From Cyanophyceae cyanobacterium (GTDB lineage: Bacteria > Cyanobacteriota > Cyanobacteriia > Cyanobacteriales > Laspinemataceae): 64,000 nucleotides of DNA. A program made the translations under genes and the position numbers. Under the pieces are notes generated by a model. The model did no database searches. It was given only the letters and a program-made list of their open reading frames with translations, and was not told the DNA's origin. Location of the stretch: the NCBI GenBank assembly GCA_038321985.1, contig JBBQFN010000004.1, positions 96,001 through 160,000 of the forward strand, read 5' to 3'. Of the stretch, positions 56,242-64,000 are shown piece after piece; positions within the stretch are counted from its first letter, which is position 1; each line of letters starts with the position of its first letter.

Positions 56242-57393
56242 ATGACCCACATTCTTGTGATTGATGACGATCCGACTATTCGCGTCGTGTTGGCGAGGTC
56301 CTTGCAAAAACAGGGGTATCACGTTGCCGTTGCCAGTAATGGTCAAGAAGGAATGGAACAAGCCTATCGATTATGGCCGGCGTTAATCATTTGTGACTGG
56401 ATGATGCCGGTGATGGATGGGTTGGAAGTTTGCCGGCAGATCAAAGCGCATCCGGAATTATCCAACACCTATTTTATTTTGTTAACTTCGCGCGGCGCAA
56501 CGGAAGATCGGATCGTCGGACTGGATACGGGTGCGGATGAATTTCTCTCTAAACCGATTGAAATTAACGAATTAAATGCCCGAGTTAGAGCCGGACTGAG
56601 GATTTATCAGCTCACCCACGATTTGCGCAACTCAAAGCGAGCTTTAGAAGCGGAACTGGCGGAAGCGGCAGATTACGTGCGATCGCTCCTGCCTTCTCCC
56701 CTCAATGGCGCTGTCGCGATCGCTAACCGCTTTATTCCCTCTCGTCAACTCGGTGGCGATTGTTTTGACTACTACTGGCTGGACTCGGAAAACTTAGTCC
56801 TTTACCTGCTTGATGTAGCGGGTCATGGTTTAGCGGCAACCCTCCCCTCGGTTTCCGTCTTAAATTTGTTACGTTCCCACTCCCAAATTGGCTTTGACTT
56901 TACCCAACCGGCTTCGGTTTTAACCGAATTAAACAAATACTTTCAAATGGACCTACAACAAGATAAGTATTTTACGATCTGGTATGGCGTTTATAACCGT
57001 ACCCGAAACACCTTGTTGTATTCCAGTGCGGGTCATCCCCCAGCTTTATTATTGTCTGGAATTCGAGGAATGCCGCCCTCTCTGCAACCACTTAAAACCC
57101 AAGGTTTACCCATTGGAATGTTTCCTGACGCCCAATATACCCAAGATGTCTGTCCGATTGCTACACCCAGTACCCTATATGTTTTTAGTGATGGGGTGTA
57201 TGAAATTAATCAGCCCGATGGCACCCTCTGGGGTCTGGATGCCTTCAGTAATCTGCTCACGTATTATTGGCAAAAAAATGGCCGGGATATTGATGGGTTG
57301 TTAGCTCGCATCCGGAGTTTAAATCTCAACCCGACCTTTGATGATGACTTCTCGTTGCTCCAGGTAGAGTTTATGGAAAAAGGCTCTCCCTAA
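56242..57393 (+). CDS. REC-PP2C (SpoIIE/RsbU-like) phosphatase
   Basis: N-terminal receiver domain (IICDWMMP); GGDCFDY, DVAGHG, SAGHPP, FSDGV, DDFS. Confidence 0.92.
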   Translation: MTHILVIDDDPTIRVVLARSLQKQGYHVAVASNGQEGMEQAYRLWPALIICDWMMPVMDGLEVCRQIKAHPELSNTYFILLTSRGATEDRIVGLDTGADEFLSKPIEINELNARVRAGLRIYQLTHDLRNSKRALEAELAEAADYVRSLLPSPLNGAVAIANRFIPSRQLGGDCFDYYWLDSENLVLYLLDVAGHGLAATLPSVSVLNLLRSHSQIGFDFTQPASVLTELNKYFQMDLQQDKYFTIWYGVYNRTRNTLLYSSAGHPPALLLSGIRGMPPSLQPLKTQGLPIGMFPDAQYTQDVCPIATPSTLYVFSDGVYEINQPDGTLWGLDAFSNLLTYYWQKNGRDIDGLLARIRSLNLNPTFDDDFSLLQVEFMEKGSP

Positions 57394-57421
57394 AAAACTT
57401 ACACGGATCGCCTCGCGCTAT

Positions 57422-57769
57422 TTAGGTTGCCGATTTGACTTCCTGTTCAAAGGTTTCTTCGTTGGCATACACTTGGAAAACCCGGTCCATACTGGTCAGT
57501 TCAAATAACATTCTGACCTGATCGTTAATTGAACAAATCACCATTTTGCCGCCGGCGGTTCGCACCATTTTAAGTGCGGAAACTAAAGCCCCTAGACCTG
57601 AACTATCAATAAACGTTACGTCCTGAAGATTAACTAGGACGATATTGGCGTGTTTGTCAAGGCGATCGCGGACTTCACGGCGAAATACATTAGCTTGGGT
57701 ACCGTCTAAAATGCCAGTCGGGCGAACGACTTCAAACTTAATATCCGAACTCATTGGATTGTTACTCAT
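57422..57769 (-). CDS. STAS anti-sigma-factor antagonist (RsbV/SpoIIAA-like)
   Basis: VTFIDSSGLGALV, VRMLFELT.MD. Start at 57769 or 57754, not 57892. Confidence 0.88.
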   Translation of the reverse strand: MSNNPMSSDIKFEVVRPTGILDGTQANVFRREVRDRLDKHANIVLVNLQDVTFIDSSGLGALVSALKMVRTAGGKMVICSINDQVRMLFELTSMDRVFQVYANEETFEQEVKSAT

Positions 57770-57898
57770 AAAGATAATAGTTGGCTTGCGCGCTGTTTTT
57801 TTCTCTGAATGAGAAAATAATAACAATTCAGTCCCGTCTAAGAATAGCAAGTCATGGATAATTAACCGGATTATCCATGACCCCACCTTCAAAAAACC

Positions 57899-59689
57899 CT
57901 AGACCTGTTTAGGCTTAAACGTAGAAGCCACGTGCAACTCCTTCAACTGAATCCCTTCGATAGAAGCCGGTGCACTGGTTAACAGACATCGAGCTTGCTG
58001 GGTTTTCGGGAAGGCAATCACATCTCGAATCGACTCTTCTGAGGCTAACAACATTACCAAGCGGTCTAAACCATAGGCAATGCCGCCGTGGGGAGGAGTT
58101 CCATACTCAAAGGCTTCTAATAAAAAGCCAAACTTGTTATAGGCCTCTTCCGTTGATAACCCGATCGCTGCAAAGACCTGTTCCTGAATCTCACGCTGAT
58201 AAATCCGCAGACTACCCCCGCCAATTTCCAACCCGTTGTAAACCAAGTCATACGCTTGAGCCCGAGCAGTTTTTAGATCATCAATATCTTCCGGGTGGGG
58301 AGCGGTAAACGGGTGATGAATCGCCTCTAAACGTTTCTCATCCGCGTTCCATTCAAACATGGGAAAATCAGTGACCCACAGCAGATTAATTTTGCTCTCA
58401 TCGATCGCACCCAATTGACGGGCGATCGCTTGACGGAGGCGATCGAGGGTTTTATTTACCGTCGCCGTATCTCCCGCCCCAAACAACAGTAAATCTCCCG
58501 ATTGCGCCCCCGTGCGCGAGAGCAACTCCTGCTTATGTTCCTCGCTTAAATTATCTTTAATTGCCCCAATGGTATCGATTTCCCCGTTATCTTTAACGCG
58601 GATATAAGCCAAGCCTTTCGCCCCAGCTTCTGCGGCTTCTTTGAATAAATCCCCACTGGGTTTGATGCGGACATTAGAAATAGCACTATTGCCACCGGGA
58701 ACCGGCAGCACTTTAACAATACCACCGGCAGCAATTGCGCCAGAGAATACTTTAAAGCCGGACTCTTTCATCAAATCCGAGACATCCACCAATTCCATGC
58801 CATAGCGGGTATCGGGGCGATCGGTGCCGTACCGTAACATAGCCTCGGCGTAGGTTAAACGGGGGAAAGGACGAGGGAGGTCAATCCCCTTGACCGTTTT
58901 AAAGATATGGCAAACTAAAGATTCATTTAGCTGAAGAATTTCTTCTTGGGACATGAAACTCATTTCCATGTCAAGCTGAGTAAATTCCGGTTGGCGATCG
59001 GCCCGCAAATCTTCATCTCGGAAGCATCGGGCGATTTGATAGTAGCGATCCAACCCCGAGACCATTAACAACTGTTTGAATAACTGCGGCGACTGCGGCA
59101 AGGCAAACCATTCCCCGGGATTAACCCGGGACGGCACCAGATAGTCCCGAGCACCTTCTGGGGTAGAACGGGTCAGCATCGGGGTTTCGATTTCAATAAA
59201 ATCATATTCGTCTTCAAGGAAGCGGCGCATAGCTTTGACCACTTGATGGCGCAGCTGTAGATTGCGCGACATCCGTTCGCGACGGAGATCTAAATAGCGA
59301 TATTTAAGGCGTAATTCCTCCCGCACCACTTCCGTTTGTCCACTGGAAACCTGGAACGGCATCAGTTTATGGACAGCGTTGAGTAATTCGATGCGATCGA
59401 CGTAGATTTCTATTTCTCCCGTCGGTAAATTGGGATTTAAGGAATCGCTAGGACGTGAGCTGACCCGTCCGGTGATGCGGAGGACATATTCATTGCGGAT
59501 GGTTTCCGCATCTTTGTAGGAGTCTGGGGTGCGCTCTGGGTCGGATACGATTTGGACGATGCCACTGCGATCTCGCAAATCCAAGAAAATGACTCCACCA
59601 TGATCTCGTCGGCGGTCTACCCATCCACACAGAGTGACAGTTTCTCCAATATGTTCGCTTCGGAGTTGGCCGCAATAGTAGGTTCGCAT
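57899..59689 (-). CDS. aspS: Aspartate--tRNA ligase
   Basis: [60 protein letters not shown]. Confidence 0.98.
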   Translation of the reverse strand: MRTYYCGQLRSEHIGETVTLCGWVDRRRDHGGVIFLDLRDRSGIVQIVSDPERTPDSYKDAETIRNEYVLRITGRVSSRPSDSLNPNLPTGEIEIYVDRIELLNAVHKLMPFQVSSGQTEVVREELRLKYRYLDLRRERMSRNLQLRHQVVKAMRRFLEDEYDFIEIETPMLTRSTPEGARDYLVPSRVNPGEWFALPQSPQLFKQLLMVSGLDRYYQIARCFRDEDLRADRQPEFTQLDMEMSFMSQEEILQLNESLVCHIFKTVKGIDLPRPFPRLTYAEAMLRYGTDRPDTRYGMELVDVSDLMKESGFKVFSGAIAAGGIVKVLPVPGGNSAISNVRIKPSGDLFKEAAEAGAKGLAYIRVKDNGEIDTIGAIKDNLSEEHKQELLSRTGAQSGDLLLFGAGDTATVNKTLDRLRQAIARQLGAIDESKINLLWVTDFPMFEWNADEKRLEAIHHPFTAPHPEDIDDLKTARAQAYDLVYNGLEIGGGSLRIYQREIQEQVFAAIGLSTEEAYNKFGFLLEAFEYGTPPHGGIAYGLDRLVMLLASEESIRDVIAFPKTQQARCLLTSAPASIEGIQLKELHVASTFKPKQV

Positions 59690-59910
59690 GGTGGTCGCTT
59701 TACAATTCAGACGTAATGAGTGAACAAGTGAACGGCTAGAATGCCTCCGTTCTAGGGGTTCCGTGAGGGTCGCATTCTAAGGATGGAATGCGTAGCAATT
59801 GCTGATTATAGGGTTCTTTCAAACAGACAACAGAGGCAAACCTTTAAAATCTAGCACGAACGGGTCATTGTGATGGAATATTCCAGAAGGATACCCTTAG
59901 AAATAGGGAT

Positions 59911-59946
59911 AAAAAATAGAGGGCGACCAATGGGCCGCCCTCTATT
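59911..59946 (-). terminator. Terminator of the 59972-60385 gene
   Basis: AATAGAGGGCG...CGCCCTCTATT followed by a T-run on the minus strand. Confidence 0.7.
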
Positions 59947-59971
59947 GTCGGGGGTTTAGGCAAAGAGTTGC

Positions 59972-60385
59972 CTAGGAATTGGGAGGGGTGCCGGAGGGAT
60001 TGAACAGGGAGTCCCAGGCATCCTTAGCAGCTTGGGCGAGGCGATCGCCCAGTTCGCTCATTTCACTCAGGATATTCTCCCAGTTTTGCTTAACATCCAT
60101 TTCCATCAGTTTGATGGTGTAGGCAATGCGTTCTGGATCCATAAGGCGATCGCGTTCAATGGACTCTCGGGCTTGTTCCACCGCGCTGAGATAGGCTTCT
60201 GCCGTAAATTTGCTGGCCCCTTGAATTTCGGCCTGTGCTCTGCGTTTGATTGCTTCAAAGAGGGCCATCGTTTCCTGTTGCACCTGGGCGGTGGCATCAG
60301 GCATTTCTTTTTCTACCAAGGCTTTAGTCTCGGGAGTCACTTCCACGATTGCGCGTTCTTTAGGCACTTGAGCTTCATCGTTCAT
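59972..60385 (-). CDS. Helical hypothetical protein
   Basis: AGGAG RBS, its own terminator, amphipathic helices (LFEAIKRRAQAE, GDRL..AAK.AW). Confidence 0.75.
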   Translation of the reverse strand: MNDEAQVPKERAIVEVTPETKALVEKEMPDATAQVQQETMALFEAIKRRAQAEIQGASKFTAEAYLSAVEQARESIERDRLMDPERIAYTIKLMEMDVKQNWENILSEMSELGDRLAQAAKDAWDSLFNPSGTPPNS

Positions 60386-60678
60386 GGTTCTGTCTCCTAT
60401 TCGATTGGATAACTTGCCTCTAGCTTAGCGGCTAACGCTAGAGGCCCAAAAGGGCAACCAGGGAGCGCCGGCATTTGATCACAAATGTGGGGCGCTATTG
60501 TCATTGTATCGATGCCCTGGGTAAGCCACAGGTAGAAAACGCCCCTGTGGGGATACGGATTTGCTCACCTTGTTGTGAAGGTATTGAGTTCTATTCTGAA
60601 AGGAAACAATACTTCTGGAGCAAACCTGGGGATAATAAGTTTGAACACACGTGAGGCCATAGGGAGGAGCTTGAATCG

Positions 60679-62451
60679 GTGGTGCCTGCCAGCAAAACCA
60701 GAAATCGTGCTTTATTAAACGCAATTCCCGATGCCATCTTCTGGATCCATAAAGATGGCACCTGCCTTGATTACCAACCGCCCAAGAACTTTACCCTATG
60801 GACGGGTTGTGGAAATCAAGTGCAAGTGTTGCAGCCTGAAGGGATAGAAAATTTTAGCGATCGCATCTATATCGGCAAGAAGTGGTGGGAAATTTGGCCT
60901 TTAGAGGTGATTCAGCAATGTCGGGAATTTCTAGAACGAGCGATCGCAACCGGAATTCAACAAATATTTGAACTGGAATTAACCGGCAAAGATTGTGTAT
61001 GTTCCATTCAATTTCCCGCTTTGGGTTCCCGGATTTCCAATCCTTATTTACGGTCAATCCATGAAATTAAAATTGTCCCCAGTAGTAACGATGAAGTCTT
61101 AGTCCTAGTCCGGGATATTACTCAGATTAAACAAACTGAGGCCCAACTTCGCTATGAGCTTGAACGGAAAGCCCTACAATTAAATCAGACTGCCTTAGCG
61201 TTAGAAGCAGAAAAAGCCCATCGCCAGCAGATTGAAGAAATCTTAGCCTTTACCCAGTTTTCCCTCAATCGCGCTGGCGATGCAGTTTTTTGGGTCAACT
61301 CCAATGCCCAGTTTTTTTATGTGAATGAAGCCGCTTGTTTGTCTTTAGGCTATTCCCGAGAAGAACTAATTTTAATGACGATTCACGACATTAATTTAGA
61401 TTTACCTAAAAATGTTTGGGCGGATTATTGGGATGAAATTAAACAGCATGGTTCATTTACAATCGAATGTTCTCATCAGACAAAAGACGGTAGAAAATTT
61501 CTAGTAGAAAGTACAGTTAATTATCTAGAATTCAATGGAAAAGAATATAACTGTATTTTGGCGCGGGATATTACCGAGCGCAAACAAGTGGAAGCGCAGT
61601 TGCTAGAAGCGAAAGCAGAGGCTGAAGCCGCTAACCGCGCCAAAAGTACCTTTTTGGCAAATATGAGCCACGAACTGAGAACCCCGCTTAATGCCATTAT
61701 TGGTTATAGTGAACTGCTGCAAGAAGATGCTCGGGATATCGGCATTAACGATTTAGATTTTCTAGATGACCTGCGCTCGATCAATACGGCGGGAAAGCAT
61801 CTACTGGCTCTGATTGGAGATATTTTGGATTACTCTAAAATTGAAGCGGGAAAAATGCAATTATTGCTAGAGTCATTTGATTTAGAGAAGGCGATCGTGC
61901 AAATTTGTCGCACCGCTCAACCCTTGGTAGAAAAAAATTTAAACCAATTGGTTGTGACGTTTAGCGGGGAATTGGGTCCGATGTACGCTGACTTGACCAA
62001 GATGCGACAAATTCTCTTCAATTTACTCAGTAATGCAGCTAAATTTACCCAAAAGGGGAAGATTGAAATCGCCGTGACGAAAGAACCCCGGAGTGCGATT
62101 TCTCTGTCCGTCATCCCGGGTCGAGAATTAAGTCAAAATGAGTTATGTGTGGTGTTCCGAATCACGGATACAGGGATTGGCATGAGTCAAGAACAGTTAA
62201 ATAATTTGTTTCAAGCCTTTATGCAGGCGGATGCCTCCACCACCCGAGAGTATGGGGGTACAGGGTTAGGATTAGCAATTAGTCGATTGTTTTCTCAGAT
62301 GATGGGAGGAGATATTTTAGTAACCAGTGAATTGGGAGGGGGTTCAACGTTTACCGTTTATCTACCTCTACAAGTTAAGTTGCCTGAATTGGATGATGAA
62401 AATGACTGGCAGGTAACCGCTGTTCCCGAAGGGGTGATCTGTCAAGAATAA
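60679..62451 (+). CDS. PAS-domain sensor histidine kinase
   Basis: Two PAS regions (AIPDAIF, YVNEAAC..LGYSREEL, RDITERK), [16 protein letters not shown], HATPase. Start is GTG and uncertain. Confidence 0.9.
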   Translation: MVPASKTRNRALLNAIPDAIFWIHKDGTCLDYQPPKNFTLWTGCGNQVQVLQPEGIENFSDRIYIGKKWWEIWPLEVIQQCREFLERAIATGIQQIFELELTGKDCVCSIQFPALGSRISNPYLRSIHEIKIVPSSNDEVLVLVRDITQIKQTEAQLRYELERKALQLNQTALALEAEKAHRQQIEEILAFTQFSLNRAGDAVFWVNSNAQFFYVNEAACLSLGYSREELILMTIHDINLDLPKNVWADYWDEIKQHGSFTIECSHQTKDGRKFLVESTVNYLEFNGKEYNCILARDITERKQVEAQLLEAKAEAEAANRAKSTFLANMSHELRTPLNAIIGYSELLQEDARDIGINDLDFLDDLRSINTAGKHLLALIGDILDYSKIEAGKMQLLLESFDLEKAIVQICRTAQPLVEKNLNQLVVTFSGELGPMYADLTKMRQILFNLLSNAAKFTQKGKIEIAVTKEPRSAISLSVIPGRELSQNELCVVFRITDTGIGMSQEQLNNLFQAFMQADASTTREYGGTGLGLAISRLFSQMMGGDILVTSELGGGSTFTVYLPLQVKLPELDDENDWQVTAVPEGVICQE

Positions 62452-62623
62452 TCGGGGGAGGAGGGGGCGATCGCCTCTTTCACCCCCTCCTCCCCCGCTG
62501 ACACCCGGTCTTCTTGTAAACCACTTCACACAGTCATTAGCCTTTTTTATAGTATGGAATACACACAACCGTATCCTCAATTGCATAGAATCGCAGTGTT
62601 AACCGCGATCGGGAAAACTGGAA

Positions 62624-63811
62624 ATGACAGATACGGGATGGACCATGACGAGCTTCCTCTCGCAACCAGAAGAGCAAAACGATAAGAACGAGGAGTCATA
62701 CCTCGATTACTGCTATGACCAACCTGGTAGTATCCCGGGTACCCTAATTATTGAAGAAAATGCGGTAGTCCCCACCATTGTTTTGATCGACTACAACGAA
62801 AAAAAGGCCACGCGCTTGGTACTGGCAACACCAGAAGAATGCATCCCCCACTTAGACAGCGAGTCTGTTTCCTGGGTAGACGTGCAGGGTTTAGGGAGCG
62901 AAAATATTTTAAAGCGAATTGGTCAAGTCTTTGACTTACATCCCCTGCTTTTAGAAGATATCGTCAACGTCCCCCAACGACCCAAAGTCGAAGACTACGA
63001 AGCTCAGTTGGTGATTATTGCTCGCATGGTGATGCTCAAAGAAGGTCGTCACGATCCCACGGAGGAAAGTTTTATCACCGAACAAGTGAGTTTTGTGCTG
63101 GGTAAATTTTACCTGCTGACGGTGCAGGAGGAGCCAGAACACGATAGTTTTGGTCCAGTACGCGAGCGCATTCGCAACAATAAAGGTACGATTCGTAAAC
63201 AAGGGGTGGATTATCTGGCCTATACTCTCTTAGATGCCATTATTGATGGATTTTTCCCTGTTCTGGAAGCCTACGGGGAGCGCATTGAAGATTTAGAGGA
63301 TGAAGTAGTGGCAAACCCTACACCCCGCACCATTGAAAAAATCTATAAAATCAAACGAGAGTTGCTCACCTTGCGTCGGGCAATTTGGCCCCAGCGAAAT
63401 GCTATCAATGCTCTGATTCGAGACGGCAGTCCCTTGATTTCTGAGGAGGTTCGCATTTATCTACGGGACTGTTACGATCATACGATTCAGGTTTTAGATA
63501 TTGTGGAAACCTATCGGGAACTCGCCGGGGGGTTGATGGAGGTTTATCTCTCTTCGGTGAGCAACCGCATGAATGAAGTGATGAAACTGTTAACGGTGAT
63601 TTCATCTATTTTTATTCCCCTAACCTTTATTGCGGGGGTTTATGGAATGAACTTCAATCCCGAAGCCTCACCGTTGAATATGCCCGAACTTAACTCGTAT
63701 TGGGGCTATCCAGCAGTTTTGGCCGTGATGATGGCGATCGCGGCTGGTATGATTTTTCTATTTTGGCGTCGGGGGTGGTTTAATAACTTTTCCACAAAGC
63801 CCCGGGATTGA
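62624..63811 (+). CDS. corA: Magnesium/cobalt transporter CorA
   Basis: LHPLLLEDI....QRPKVE, MNEVMK.LT, YGMNF, MPEL motifs. Confidence 0.95.
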   Translation: MTDTGWTMTSFLSQPEEQNDKNEESYLDYCYDQPGSIPGTLIIEENAVVPTIVLIDYNEKKATRLVLATPEECIPHLDSESVSWVDVQGLGSENILKRIGQVFDLHPLLLEDIVNVPQRPKVEDYEAQLVIIARMVMLKEGRHDPTEESFITEQVSFVLGKFYLLTVQEEPEHDSFGPVRERIRNNKGTIRKQGVDYLAYTLLDAIIDGFFPVLEAYGERIEDLEDEVVANPTPRTIEKIYKIKRELLTLRRAIWPQRNAINALIRDGSPLISEEVRIYLRDCYDHTIQVLDIVETYRELAGGLMEVYLSSVSNRMNEVMKLLTVISSIFIPLTFIAGVYGMNFNPEASPLNMPELNSYWGYPAVLAVMMAIAAGMIFLFWRRGWFNNFSTKPRD

Positions 63812-63835
63812 GCATGATTTCAGAAGAATGAAAGA

Positions 63836-63969
63836 TCTAGCCGTTCCTACAGTTATGAGGTACATTTTTGGAGAGTGCACTAGCGCAGCCGGTGGGGAGT
63901 GCGAGCAAGATGCTCGCACTCCTCATACCTAAGAGCTATCTGTACCTCATGAGTCGGGGAAACACTATA
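63836..63969. mobile_element. 134-bp MITE-like element D with hairpin cargo
   Basis: Ends TCTAGCCGTTCCTACAGTTATGAGGTACA and (rc) TATAGTGTTTCCCCGACTCATGAGGTACA; internal GGAGTGCGAGCA-AGA-TGCTCGCACTCC shares GCGAGCAAGATGCTCGC with element C. Confidence 0.7.
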
Positions 63970-64000
63970 AAAAATAAACATCCCCACTTGCTATCCTTTT

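Overview
A 64-kb, mostly core chromosomal segment from a cyanobacterium, shown by abundant HIP1 octamers (GCGATCGC) and a complete cpcBACDEF phycocyanin operon. Gene content and repeats suggest a filamentous Oscillatoriales-type strain (inference). From left to right it contains: an iron-homeostasis cluster (FutA/IdiA-type iron-binding lipoprotein truncated by the window edge, SLH porin, 2Fe-2S protein, Asr1405-family protein, dps, FurA-like regulator, several Fur-box-like palindromes); carB; sigD; a Uma2 gene bracketed by 37-bp direct repeats; two sensor kinases; dnaJ-dnaK3; a small accessory block (wHTH, VanW, MmeI-like type IIL restriction-modification enzyme, probable CGATCG/HIP1 C5-methyltransferase); a PilH-like regulator; pds-crtB; an EAL protein; an Rbp3-type RNA-binding protein; a degenerate M48 peptidase; a tandem DUF4870 pair; a bestrophin; a WD40 Ser/Thr kinase; the cpc operon; tRNA-Thr(UGU); icd; a PEP-CTERM protein; PP2C and STAS genes; aspS; a PAS kinase; and corA. 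The most notable non-coding observations are three. (1) The dps ribosome-binding region is nearly duplicated (16/18 nt) in its own 3' UTR just before the terminator, and both copies look complementary to the 5' seed of the iron-stress sRNA IsaR1 as I recall it, suggesting a target plus 3'-UTR sponge circuit. (2) Five TA-flanked MITE-like elements with IS630/ISY100-like ends carry different hairpin cargo, and two of them form an inverted pair around 10.3 kb. (3) The Uma2 gene looks like a repeat-bracketed cassette. All family assignments come from motif recognition and memory; no database searches were run.
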